Position numbers and translations under genes: made by a program
The notes under the pieces: model-generated
What the model was told of the DNA's origin: nothing
What the model saw: the letters and a program-made list of their open reading frames with translations, nothing else
The model's database searches: none
In this document: positions 17,721-26,992 of the stretch, piece after piece
Numbering within the stretch: the first letter of the stretch is position 1
Layout: every line of letters starts with the position of its first letter
Assembly (NCBI GenBank): GCA_964650475.1
Contig: CAZYRK010000005.1
Location: 1 to 37,459 of the forward strand
DNA length: 37,459 nt
From: an uncultured Candidatus Saccharibacteria bacterium
Lineage (GTDB): Bacteria; Patescibacteriota; Minisyncoccia; Phycocordibacterales; Phycocordibacteraceae
Direction of reading: 5' to 3'

Positions 17721-18898
17721 CCAGACGCATTGCAACCGGAATAGACATAGGGACATACCAAATCAAAATGGTTGTTGTTGAAGAGGTCGTCGACAAGGGA
17801 GTGCGAGAGACACATGTCATAGGCACCGGAAGCGCTCCGACCCGCGGAATGCATCAAGGGTACGTCGTAAACAAAGACGACGTCATTGCCAGTATCAAAG
17901 TTGCAAAACAAGCTGCGGAACATGCTGCGCGTGTTCACATACAAAGTGGTTTCCTTGCTCTTGGAAGTGTCTCAATAAACGAAATTCGCGCTACTGGCGA
18001 AACCATAATATCGCGCGCCGACCAAGAGATTACCGAACTGGATGTTGAAACAGTACGTAAATCAGCACGAGAAGCTGCTAAACCAAATTTTTTAAACCAC
18101 CGTGTTTTGCACGAGATTCCACTTGAATACCGTATAGACGGGAACAAAACATACGGCGATCCAATAGGAATGAAAGGGATGCGTCTTGAAGTGGAGTTTC
18201 TTTTTATAACGTGCCTTGCTTCGCACTCGGACATGCTTGTTTTGGCAACAGAAGAAGCGGATATTGAGATTGTCGACCAAATGGCATCACCTCTTGCAAG
18301 TAGCTATGTCACTCTTACAAACGACCAAAAAATGCGCGGGTGCTTGCTTACAAACATAGGAGCTGAAACAACCTCTATCGCAGTTTATGATGAGGGAATA
18401 CCTCTTTCTGTACGAGTATTCCCTGCCGGCAGCATGCAGATAACCGACGATATAGCACTGGCGTTCAAAATACCTCTTGAAGACGCGGAGCGCGTAAAAC
18501 TCGGACGCCTTGGAGGTGTTATGTATCCTCGCAAAAAAATCGACACCATAATCAATACCCGTCTAACACGTGTTTTGCAAACTATAGAGAAACATTTAAA
18601 AACACTTTCGAACCGAAGCGTTCTTCCTGCGGGTGTGGTCTTGCTTGGTGGCGGTTCCGGAAATACAGCAACAATAGATATAACCCGAAGAGTCCTTTCG
18701 CTACCGGCGCGCAATGCAGAGCTTATCTACACAAACAACACTCCACAAGCAACAAAACCGCGTGATGGCATATGGGCTGTTGCATACGGTATCGCGCTAT
18801 GGGGTCTGACAGGCGAAACCGAGATAACCGGACGCTCAAACATTGTTACTCAAGTACAAAAAGTCTTACGCAAGATAATACACCAGTTTTTACCGTAA
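17717..18898 (+). CDS. ftsA: Cell division protein FtsA
   Basis: Start moved to 17717 (ATGA overlap); GIDIGT, GMHQG-V, P-GMKG-RLE, NIGAETT, AERVK, GVVLLGGGS; directly upstream of ftsZ. Confidence 0.92.
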   Translation: MTRRIATGIDIGTYQIKMVVVEEVVDKGVRETHVIGTGSAPTRGMHQGYVVNKDDVIASIKVAKQAAEHAARVHIQSGFLALGSVSINEIRATGETIISRADQEITELDVETVRKSAREAAKPNFLNHRVLHEIPLEYRIDGNKTYGDPIGMKGMRLEVEFLFITCLASHSDMLVLATEEADIEIVDQMASPLASSYVTLTNDQKMRGCLLTNIGAETTSIAVYDEGIPLSVRVFPAGSMQITDDIALAFKIPLEDAERVKLGRLGGVMYPRKKIDTIINTRLTRVLQTIEKHLKTLSNRSVLPAGVVLLGGGSGNTATIDITRRVLSLPARNAELIYTNNTPQATKPRDGIWAVAYGIALWGLTGETEITGRSNIVTQVQKVLRKIIHQFLP

Positions 18899-18988
18899 AA
18901 AATAAGCAACATCAACGCTTTATGTCAATATTTCCATCGAGCGCAAGTCTGATATGATGTAAAGCATAATTGTTACCAAAAAAAATAC

Positions 18989-20275
18989 ATGTCAAAACGC
19001 GTAGAATCTGAAATCGAAACATTTGCCCGTATCCGTGTCATCGGAGTGGGTGGCTCAGGGGGTAATGCCATTAACCACATGGTTAACTCTAAAGTTAAAG
19101 GTGTTGAGTTTGTCGCTGTAAACAGTGACGCTCAAGACTTGCACCGCTCACTCGCCAAACGAAAGATACATATTGGCAAAAACCTTACACGAGGTCTCGG
19201 TACCGGAATGAACCCAGAGCTCGGTCGGCGTGCCGCAGAAGAGACTCGCCAAGAGATTCAAGAGGCTCTTCAAGGTTCCGACATGGTATTCATCACATGC
19301 GGTTTCGGTGGAGGCACTGGCACAGGAGCATCAGCCACTGTCGCAAAGATTGCAAAAGAAATCGGAGCACTCACCATAGCTGTCGTTACGAAACCGTTTT
19401 CTTTTGAAGGTGCTCAGCGAGCGCTCATCGCAGAGCAAGGTCTTTCCGACCTTAAAAAAGAAGTAGATGCTTTTATAGTTATTCCGAACGACAAACTCCT
19501 CTCTATTGTGGAACAAAACACAAGTGCGAAAAACGCGTTTGCAATGTGTGATGAAATATTACGACAAGCTGTTGAAGGTGTTTCCGATATCATCACGACC
19601 CCAGGCGAAATCAACACCGACTTTAACGACATTAAAACAATAATGGAAGCCGCGGGTCCAGCCCTTATGGGTATCGGTAGCGCCGACGGTGACAACCGAG
19701 CACGCGAAGCGGCAAGCCGTGCTATCAATTCCCCACTTCTTTCCGTATCTATTAACGGGGCGAAAGGTATTTTGTTTGTTGTTGCCGGTTCGGACGACCT
19801 TGGTATTCTCGAAGTACAAGAAGCTGCCAAGGTTATCAACGAATCAGTCGACAAAGATGCGCGAGTTATCTTCGGTATGATGCATGACGAAACACTTAAG
19901 AAAGGTCAGATTCGCATTATTGTAATAGCCACAGGCTTCCCTGAAAATACTATTGAGAACCACGAAATAGACTCTCCGGAACATTCTCTATTCTCACTTC
20001 CAGATGAAAACCAACAAGACGAACGTGGAAAAATATATAACGATGTACTAAAACGTTCTGCCCCAAGTACACAAACACACTCTGCATCCACAGATGAAGA
20101 ACCGAAAAAAAAAGACAAGAGTAGCAAAGAAGAACCCGTAGTAACAGCCCAACCTTCCAAACGCGAGACACCTCTTAAACCACCGGTAACGCAAAATACC
20201 AAAACAGCACCGAAGAACGGTGACGAAGATGCGTGGGGTGCTATTCCACAATTCCTAAGGCGACATAAAAAATAA
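18989..20275 (+). CDS. ftsZ: Cell division protein FtsZ
   Basis: 428 aa; VIGVGGSGGNA, GFGGGTGTG, G-IN-DFND; C-terminal IPQFLRR. Confidence 0.98.
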   Translation: MSKRVESEIETFARIRVIGVGGSGGNAINHMVNSKVKGVEFVAVNSDAQDLHRSLAKRKIHIGKNLTRGLGTGMNPELGRRAAEETRQEIQEALQGSDMVFITCGFGGGTGTGASATVAKIAKEIGALTIAVVTKPFSFEGAQRALIAEQGLSDLKKEVDAFIVIPNDKLLSIVEQNTSAKNAFAMCDEILRQAVEGVSDIITTPGEINTDFNDIKTIMEAAGPALMGIGSADGDNRAREAASRAINSPLLSVSINGAKGILFVVAGSDDLGILEVQEAAKVINESVDKDARVIFGMMHDETLKKGQIRIIVIATGFPENTIENHEIDSPEHSLFSLPDENQQDERGKIYNDVLKRSAPSTQTHSASTDEEPKKKDKSSKEEPVVTAQPSKRETPLKPPVTQNTKTAPKNGDEDAWGAIPQFLRRHKK

Positions 20276-20287
20276 ACCGTTTCTCAA

Positions 20288-20329
20288 AAAAACCGGGCGG
20301 GGCGTCTTTAGACGCCCCGCCCGGTTTTT
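20288..20329 (+). terminator. Perfect 20-bp hairpin terminator after ftsZ
   Basis: AAAAACCGGGCGGGGCGTCT-TT-AGACGCCCCGCCCGGTTTTT. Confidence 0.8.
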
Positions 20330-20373
20330 ACACACTTGCCCGCGCGCTCCATAGCAAGTATTATAAGAAAATC

Positions 20374-21321
20374 ATGGTTGACGCACCCCTACACGACTTG
20401 GTAATCATTGGAGGAGGACCCGCAGGAATAACAAGCGGAATATACGCTGCACGCAAACAGCTTTCCACCGCACTTCTAACAGATATAATCGGCGGACAAA
20501 GTATGGTTTCCGAGGGCATAGAAAACTGGATAGGCACAATAAAAATATCAGGGGCTAATCTCTCGCAGATGATGTACGACCACCTAAATGCGTACAAAGG
20601 CGACTTCGTAGAAGTACATGAAAACGAACGTGTTACAAAAATTTCTCGAGATAGCGGTTTTTTCAAAGTAGAGACATCTCTCGGAAACTCGTTTATAAGC
20701 CATGCCGTATTCATAGCCTCAGGAGCATCCCGCCGAAAACTAAACGTACCGGGAGCAAAAGAATTCGAACATAAAGGGCTCACATACTGTGCGTCATGTG
20801 ACGGACCAATGTACTCCGGTGAAAATGTAGCGGTAATCGGTGGTGGAAACGCAGGGTTTGAAACCTCCGCACAGCTTCTTGCATATGCAAAATCCGTCAC
20901 ACTAATTCATCGCAACAAAACATTCAAAGCAGATCCCTCGACAGTCGCACAACTCTCCAAACACGAAAATATGCACATACTTGCTCCGGCGGAAACCCTC
21001 GAGATAAAAGGCGATAAATTTGTAAACGGTATTATGATAAAAAATAAAGAGACCGGGGAGATATCCGAAATTCCCGTAAAAGGCGTGTTTGTTGAAATAG
21101 GTACGATACCAAACTCTGATTTCGCAAAAGACATTTTAGACTTAAACGAATCCGGACATATTAAAATCGACCCTAGAACACAGCGAACTTCCGTTGAAGG
21201 CATTTGGGCTGCCGGAGACTGTACAGACGAGCTGTATCATCAAAACAACATCGCTGCAGGCGATGCTGTAAAAGCTACGGAAGATTTATACAGCTGGATT
21301 GCAACCCACCGCACAAAATAG
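20374..21321 (+). CDS. trxB: Thioredoxin reductase / AhpF C-terminal-type FAD-dependent disulfide oxidoreductase
   Basis: 315 aa; IIGGGPAG, YCASCDG redox motif, VIGGGNAG, TSVEGIWAAGD. Confidence 0.88.
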   Translation: MVDAPLHDLVIIGGGPAGITSGIYAARKQLSTALLTDIIGGQSMVSEGIENWIGTIKISGANLSQMMYDHLNAYKGDFVEVHENERVTKISRDSGFFKVETSLGNSFISHAVFIASGASRRKLNVPGAKEFEHKGLTYCASCDGPMYSGENVAVIGGGNAGFETSAQLLAYAKSVTLIHRNKTFKADPSTVAQLSKHENMHILAPAETLEIKGDKFVNGIMIKNKETGEISEIPVKGVFVEIGTIPNSDFAKDILDLNESGHIKIDPRTQRTSVEGIWAAGDCTDELYHQNNIAAGDAVKATEDLYSWIATHRTK

Positions 21322-21324
21322 ATT

Positions 21325-22521
21325 ATGTTAATTCGCGATGAAGCATACGCACGAAGTTTAGATCTTCTTAAAACACTTTCCACCGATGCCGGGTTCCTTG
21401 CATCAAACGAACATGTCGAAAACTATGAACGAGTATGGGCAAGAGACGGCATCATTGCGGGTATTGCATCACTTCTTTCCGGAGACACAAAACTGATTGC
21501 AGTATTTAAAAAAACTCTGGAAACACTTAGTGCTCACCAAGACGAAACAGGGCGTATCCCGAGCAATGTCACTCCCGAGACAGGGCGTACAAGCTACGGA
21601 ACAACCGTTGGACGTGTAGATGCGACTATTTGGTACGTTATAGGTGTGATTGCTTTTACGAAGTCCTCCAATGACCACTCTTTCTTTTCCACTCACAGAG
21701 CCTCAGTAGAGCGTGCGCTATTTTATCTGAAATGTCTCGAACTAAACGGGCGAGGACTTCTTTACATTCCACAAGGAGGCGACTGGGCGGACGAGTACAT
21801 AAACCACGCATACGTCTTGTATGACGAGATGCTTTATTATTTTGCATTGTCTGCTTTCGCCTCACTAACAAAAGATGAGCGCGTAACCTCCGCAAAAAAA
21901 CATCTTTCAGACCTTATTCGCGTAAACTACTTTCCAAAAAAAGAAAACCTTGAGAGCCCTCTTGTCTACAATAAAACCCTTTACAAAAAATCTCTTGACC
22001 TTGATACACCACAGGTACCAGCTTCTTATTTCACAAACCACAGCATTCATTTCAATCTGGACACTTTCGCAATAAGCCTGTTGCTGATGAGCGACATTCT
22101 TGAAACTGACACGCACGCGACCCTACGCAAACATGTCCTTGATTTTGGATTAAACAAAGACTTCCCTATTCTACCGGCGTTTGATCCCGTAATTACAGAA
22201 AAAGACTACGAGTGGAAACGCCTCGCACTGGACTTTCTGTATGAGTTTCGCAATAAACCAAACGAGTATCACAACGGCGGACTATGGCCACTTGTACACG
22301 GCTTCTTCATTTCCACGCTCCCACAAAACGAAGGCTTTGAACAGCTAGATGCTTTTGCACAAGTGCTTGCTCGAGATAGCTATATTTTCCCAGAATTTTA
22401 TCACGGGAAAACTTTCAAAGCACTCGGCACAAAAGACCTAAGCTTCTCTGCATCCGCATATATCATCGCCTATGAGGCGATTGTGCACCGTAAATCCTTT
22501 TTTACGACACTCACCACATGA
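21325..22521 (+). CDS. (alpha/alpha)6 glycoside hydrolase, GH100 (alkaline/neutral invertase)-like
   Basis: 398 aa; VWARDG, GRIPSNV, GRVDATIW, GGDWADEY, YHNGGLWP (cf. YHNGGSWP of A/N-invertases), FPEFYHG, LSFSASAY. Confidence 0.72.
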   Translation: MLIRDEAYARSLDLLKTLSTDAGFLASNEHVENYERVWARDGIIAGIASLLSGDTKLIAVFKKTLETLSAHQDETGRIPSNVTPETGRTSYGTTVGRVDATIWYVIGVIAFTKSSNDHSFFSTHRASVERALFYLKCLELNGRGLLYIPQGGDWADEYINHAYVLYDEMLYYFALSAFASLTKDERVTSAKKHLSDLIRVNYFPKKENLESPLVYNKTLYKKSLDLDTPQVPASYFTNHSIHFNLDTFAISLLLMSDILETDTHATLRKHVLDFGLNKDFPILPAFDPVITEKDYEWKRLALDFLYEFRNKPNEYHNGGLWPLVHGFFISTLPQNEGFEQLDAFAQVLARDSYIFPEFYHGKTFKALGTKDLSFSASAYIIAYEAIVHRKSFFTTLTT

Positions 22522-23345
22522 TACTCTTCGCAACCGATTTAGATCGCACACTTTTGCCAAACGGACCTGCTCCAGACGATAAAAACACCGCCGAGCTTTT
22601 TAGAGAACTCGAGAAAGTCCCCCACCTGCTTGTTTACGTTACAGGAAGAAACCTCGACATGGTGCGCGAGGCGGAAGAAAAATACAGCATCCCGACACCA
22701 GACTACCTCATTGCCGAAGTCGGCACAGCCATGTTTAAAAAACAAAACATGGCTCTTGTGCCGGAAACGCGCTGGAACGAATACATAACGGCGCATGAAC
22801 AAAAATGGAATCGTGAAAAAATAGAGGAGTCCATTGGCACGAAGCACGAGCTCGTACTTCAAGAAGAGTGGAAACAAAACCACTTCAAGATAAGCTACTA
22901 TCTGCCAAGCACTGCCTCAAAAAAAGACGCTCTCGAGCATATCGGCAACGTGCTCGCGGATATTGGCATTCATGCAAACGTTTTGTGGAGCGTCGACCCT
23001 CTTGCAGACAATGTCGGGCTCATAGACATACTCCCAAAGACAGCTACAAAAGCCACCGCACTTGAGTTTTTGCGTGAGCAAGAGTATCTTTCCAAAAAAG
23101 ATGTCGTGTACTGCGGAGACAGTGGAAACGATATCCAACCACTCACAAACGGCTACAGATCAATTTTAGTTAATGATGCCCCGGAAGATGTAAAAGAAAC
23201 TGTTTCCAATATCGTCGCAAAAAACGGCAACTCCGACACCCTATACATAGCGCACAAAACAAAAAACCTAAACGGAAACTACGCCTCCGGCATCCTAGAA
23301 GGACTCATCCATTTTGGAATAGTGCCCGGCACGGAAGCGGAGTAG
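22518..23345 (+). CDS. HAD-IIB phosphatase, sucrose-phosphate phosphatase-like
   Basis: 275 aa; TDLDRTLLPNG motif I, YVTGR, PDYLIAEVGT, KISYY, IDILP--ATKATAL, GDSGND; ATGA overlap with the GH gene. Confidence 0.85.
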   Translation: MILFATDLDRTLLPNGPAPDDKNTAELFRELEKVPHLLVYVTGRNLDMVREAEEKYSIPTPDYLIAEVGTAMFKKQNMALVPETRWNEYITAHEQKWNREKIEESIGTKHELVLQEEWKQNHFKISYYLPSTASKKDALEHIGNVLADIGIHANVLWSVDPLADNVGLIDILPKTATKATALEFLREQEYLSKKDVVYCGDSGNDIQPLTNGYRSILVNDAPEDVKETVSNIVAKNGNSDTLYIAHKTKNLNGNYASGILEGLIHFGIVPGTEAE

Positions 23346-23402
23346 TGCACGCGACATAAAATAAACAGCCTACACGCCAAACAAAAGCAAAAACAAGCCG
23401 GC

Positions 23403-23939
23403 TTAGTCCTGCTCTCCACTACCTTTCGCTACGTACCTTTCTCTCCATTCGTTAAGAATTTTTGCTAAATCTTTCGCTTTTTTATTGTACGTATCTGGCA
23501 AACCTCCATCTGCTCCGGAGACGGATTTTGACAGTTCCTTACCAACATCCGATGCAATACTTTCATCCGATGCAATACTTTCTGAATCAAAACTTTGACT
23601 GTAATTAAAAGTAACTTTTTTTGCACCACCCAACAAGAAAAATCCGATATATTTAGTTCCAAAACTCTCCACATCACTCCATTTTGTAAAAGTACTTCGA
23701 GACATTACACATACTTCAAACCCTTTTTCAGATAAACGGAGATAAGAACGTTTGTGTGAAAAATTTATAACCGCCACAAAAGAACTAAAACCAAAGAATA
23801 TTAAAATCAGCCAACCAGTAAGGTCTCCCGTACTCGCCAACCAGACACCTCCTACAGTAAAGAACAGCGATATACTTAAAATTACAAACGACTTTAATTT
23901 GCTTGGATACAGGACTAAAGATTTTTGATTTTTATTCAT
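23403..23939 (-). CDS. Hypothetical membrane protein (two N-terminal TMs plus PH-like beta region; STM3941-like)
   Basis: 178 aa; LVLYPSKLK, two TM helices, LRLSEKGF, I-WSDV-type motif, LAKILNEWR; internal ESIASD duplication. Confidence 0.65.
   Translation of the reverse strand: MNKNQKSLVLYPSKLKSFVILSISLFFTVGGVWLASTGDLTGWLILIFFGFSSFVAVINFSHKRSYLRLSEKGFEVCVMSRSTFTKWSDVESFGTKYIGFFLLGGAKKVTFNYSQSFDSESIASDESIASDVGKELSKSVSGADGGLPDTYNKKAKDLAKILNEWRERYVAKGSGEQD
23547..23582. repeat. In-frame 18-bp tandem duplication
   Basis: ATCCGATGCAATACTTTC x2, encoding ESIASD-ESIASD on the minus strand. Confidence 0.9.
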
Positions 23940-24116
23940 AATTTTTCGGGGATATCTTTTTTTAAACTTAACCTTACAAAAGTAACGATTATTAAATATA
24001 CTATTTTAAGTATACCAAACATGTCTATAATAAAAAACAATGGGGTCTATTGCAATACAACAGTTAGTAGGAACGAACTATACAATACTTAGCCCCCCCG
24101 AACAAACGCTACTCCC

Positions 24117-24650
24117 TTATTTTTCCATAAGAGAAATTAGTTTATTTAATTCTGTGATACTTTTTCTCCTTTCCTCAAATAACGCTTTTGGGAATGTCTT
24201 TTTATACTCATTTATATCTCTTCGTTTTTTCTTCTCGATATAATCTGATTCAAATTCTTTTTTACACCACGCCGAAGTTTTGTTTATAAACAACTCACCC
24301 TCACGTAAAACCGACAATAACAACGCTTCAAGACATGGCAAATTTTCTATTAACTCTATACTTCTTGATTTTGCTTCTTTACGCGCTCCTGTAATTTCTT
24401 GCTCACCCTTATCATTATCTACAACCACAATACGATTATCAAAACCACCGATTTCGTTCACTGCGCAAACAACAACATCTTTTGGTGTACCGCCTTTGCC
24501 ATTTCGAATAGTTACAGATATACCACTATTGCGATTATACAGCCCTCGCAAATACTTTAAAAACATTTCCTCGCCAAGACCTTCACCATATATAAGAAGA
24601 GTCTGTTTTGCAGCATGCCGTTTCTTTTTATAAGGATTCGTTCGCGACAT
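24117..24650 (-). CDS. RloB / AbiLii-like TOPRIM-related protein
   Basis: 177 aa; LIYGEG-GE--FLKYL, VVVDND, LPCLEALLL; directly downstream of an AAA_21 ATPase. Confidence 0.75.
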   Translation of the reverse strand: MSRTNPYKKKRHAAKQTLLIYGEGLGEEMFLKYLRGLYNRNSGISVTIRNGKGGTPKDVVVCAVNEIGGFDNRIVVVDNDKGEQEITGARKEAKSRSIELIENLPCLEALLLSVLREGELFINKTSAWCKKEFESDYIEKKKRRDINEYKKTFPKALFEERRKSITELNKLISLMEK

Positions 24651-24662
24651 GATAGCGTAATC

Positions 24663-25874
24663 TTATTGAAGTTTTGGCACGGCACCATATGCACCAGCAA
24701 TGTATTTAGTGTAATAATTTTCGTCTGATCGCACGCCAGAAACATCATCAAGTCGCCAAGCTTCACTAACGCCACTCTTATTTTTCTCTACAAGCACAAC
24801 TTGGTATTTATCCAGTTTGTTCAAAATTACATGGCTGTGTGTACTGAAAAATAACTGAGCATCGTGAGGATTTGTTTCCGGCTGCACAAACAAATCAAAA
24901 AGTGCCATTACCATTTCCGGATGCAGGTTTACATCAAACTCGTCAACAACCGCTATACTTCCATACATCAATGCCGTCAAAATACTTTTCAAAAGTACGA
25001 ACAACTGCTTTGTCCCCGACGATTCATAATTTAAACTTAGAGGATATTTTTCGCCGTCTATAGTATGAACAGCATGAGCATGCAAGTTTACCCCGTTTTC
25101 TGTCGCTTTTTTTATAATTTCAAATTCAGACAAACCAAGATCAAAACGAGAAAGTAATTTTTCAGCTTCTTCTTTAAGCACCTTGTTTTCGCTGTAAAAA
25201 TTAAGTGCTTCAAATAACTGCTGTGTGGCATTTGGCAAAAGCTGTCCACCAACCCAACCGGCTTCTATCACGTTTGTTTCCAACCGTTGCCATGCTGTAG
25301 CGATATCGCGACTTTCTTTATGTTCCAATCGCGCCGCTGTACTAATAACACTTGCATTTGTGCGAAGTAGATTTTCAAAATCTTTTGGCAAGCCAAAACT
25401 ATCTCCGGAAAATTCATACTGTTTTTTATCTTTATTCCATGTGCGAGAAAATACTTTCTTGCTTGATTTCTTTTCTTTAATGAACTCTGTTAACCTTAAT
25501 TCCTCTGATAAAATTTTGTATTGTGTAAGTTTAAAACTATAGGTATATACTTTGCCATCCACCTCAAAAACAACCGAAAGCTCTATAGCTTTTTTTTTGT
25601 TTTTGCCGAATGCAAAATTCTTCACAGGCAATTGCGCGCCTGGGTCAGACTTAAAAGAATCGGTAATAAGCCACTTTAAAAAAGGTAAAATCTTTAGAAG
25701 ATTTGTTTTTCCGGATGCGTTTGAACCAATTACCGTGATTACTTTTGAAAGACGCGTACCTGATTTAGACTCAAAATAGCCATTATTTTTAGGAGCGTTA
25801 TCATTAACAACAAAGTCAACGGTCGTTTCATCACCAAACGAATAGAAATTCTTGCAAGTAAATGAATGTATCAT
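24663..25874 (-). CDS. RloA / AbiLi-like ABC-type (AAA_21) ATPase
   Basis: 403 aa; FTCKNFYSF, Walker A GSNASGKTN, signature ESSGTKQ, Walker B VVDEFD--LHP, FSTHS, Y-AGAYGAVP. Confidence 0.85.
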   Translation of the reverse strand: MIHSFTCKNFYSFGDETTVDFVVNDNAPKNNGYFESKSGTRLSKVITVIGSNASGKTNLLKILPFLKWLITDSFKSDPGAQLPVKNFAFGKNKKKAIELSVVFEVDGKVYTYSFKLTQYKILSEELRLTEFIKEKKSSKKVFSRTWNKDKKQYEFSGDSFGLPKDFENLLRTNASVISTAARLEHKESRDIATAWQRLETNVIEAGWVGGQLLPNATQQLFEALNFYSENKVLKEEAEKLLSRFDLGLSEFEIIKKATENGVNLHAHAVHTIDGEKYPLSLNYESSGTKQLFVLLKSILTALMYGSIAVVDEFDVNLHPEMVMALFDLFVQPETNPHDAQLFFSTHSHVILNKLDKYQVVLVEKNKSGVSEAWRLDDVSGVRSDENYYTKYIAGAYGAVPKLQ

Positions 25875-26204
25875 GATTTTGTGATTAAAATGATAATTTT
25901 CTTATCATTGCAAACATAACAAATAAATACCTGTTTTGCAAGCATTTCCACGAGATTTTGTGGAAACTTGAGAAAAGTATCCTGTTTTAGGCACTTTTAT
26001 TAAAAACCCTCAGTAGTTTTTCAAACCAAAAAAACGACTTCCCTGTTCCTTGCACGCCCTAATTAAGGTACATAACTAACTCTACCGCACCACGGCCCTA
26101 CTTTCCTACTTTCACTTAAATGAAAACCAAAGCTACATGTTCTCGCTTTTTTGTCATCGCCAAATTTCATGTCTGTAAAAAACCGCACGCTCCCCAAGCA
26201 GGCG

Positions 26205-26861
26205 TTATAACTTAAACTTTTTAAGTAACTCAACCTCGTGGCCTGAAAATGGCTGGCAAAATATTTGTTGATTACCAAAAGTCAAAATCTTTTCTCCGGT
26301 GTTATTAAAATGATTTGCCACACCGCTACCGAGCAAAAAGATAGAATCCTCCTCGGTCGCTACAGCAAAAACAATTTTAAGATTGATAAAATCTTTAATC
26401 CATTTATCTAAATATCCTCTATCTATTCTACTTGTTGAATAGATTGTATAAATGTTGTCTCGCTCCTTAAGTTTCTCAAATGCGCTTTCAATGCCTTTGC
26501 GGTTTTTGTAAACCATATCGCATTCCTCAATATGGATAAAAATTTTCTTATCTGTTTTTAAATCACTTATTTCGTGGAGAACATTTATCGCCTCCTCGGG
26601 TTCACTAATAACCGGTTTTATTAAATAATCAGATGACCAGTTATAGAAATCTGTTTTTGTCATATCAAGAAAAACGAAACCAATTTCGTCTGGTGAATAT
26701 TTCTCGACTAATTCTTTATAGAAATTAAGGTGAAATATACTTTTACCTGAAGCGGTTTGACCAGCCAATAACACGAAATTTATTTTTTCTTTATCAAAAT
26801 CTATCTCGATTTTTCTCCCATTTTTATCATTCCCTAAATATATTTTTTTCATACTTTTCAA
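26205..26861 (-). CDS. Stand-alone FtsK/SpoIIIE-like P-loop ATPase domain
   Basis: 218 aa; IYLG-DKNG, VLLAGQTASGKS Walker A, FVFLD; Walker B position reads IFIHIEE. Confidence 0.75.
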   Translation of the reverse strand: MKSMKKIYLGNDKNGRKIEIDFDKEKINFVLLAGQTASGKSIFHLNFYKELVEKYSPDEIGFVFLDMTKTDFYNWSSDYLIKPVISEPEEAINVLHEISDLKTDKKIFIHIEECDMVYKNRKGIESAFEKLKERDNIYTIYSTSRIDRGYLDKWIKDFINLKIVFAVATEEDSIFLLGSGVANHFNNTGEKILTFGNQQIFCQPFSGHEVELLKKFKL

Positions 26862-26924
26862 TCAAAAAATTATAAAATATTCTGTCCCCGCTTCACTTCG
26901 TTTCGCTGAGCTTCGCGACGACTC

Positions 26925-26952
26925 GGTTCGAATCCTCCCCGCTCTCGCAAAA
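26925..26952 (+). repeat. Degenerate inverted copy of the tRNA-Ser T-arm/acceptor 3' end
   Basis: + strand GGTTCGAATCCTCCCCGCTCTCGCAAAA versus tRNA-sense GGTTCGAATCCCTCCCTCTCCGCAAAA (27014-26988, minus). Confidence 0.7.
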
Positions 26953-26992
26953 GCATAGTCCCGAAACAGCATGCCTTTTGCTCCTTGTTTTG

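Larger units (their letters stand above)
23403..26861 (-). mobile_element. Small AT-rich genomic island or relic at the 3' side of tRNA-Ser
   Basis: Four co-oriented minus-strand accessory genes, visibly more AT-rich than flanks, abutting the tRNA-Ser 3' end; no integrase or attL/attR found. Confidence 0.5.

Noticed and set aside
23345-23403. attL/attR direct repeat of the tRNA-Ser 3' end at the island's left boundary
   Set aside because: Only a 6-nt GCGGAG match near 23337-23342; too short to be meaningful.
25941-25970. Operator-like inverted repeat TTTCCAC-N8-GTGGAAA upstream of the island ATPase
   Set aside because: Only 7-bp arms in AT-rich DNA and no regulator in the island; cannot be distinguished from chance.
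23940-26210. Full integron/cassette array in the island
   Set aside because: No intI, no attC-like folds at the other gene junctions, and the single candidate lacks paired L boxes; kept only as a low-interest finding.
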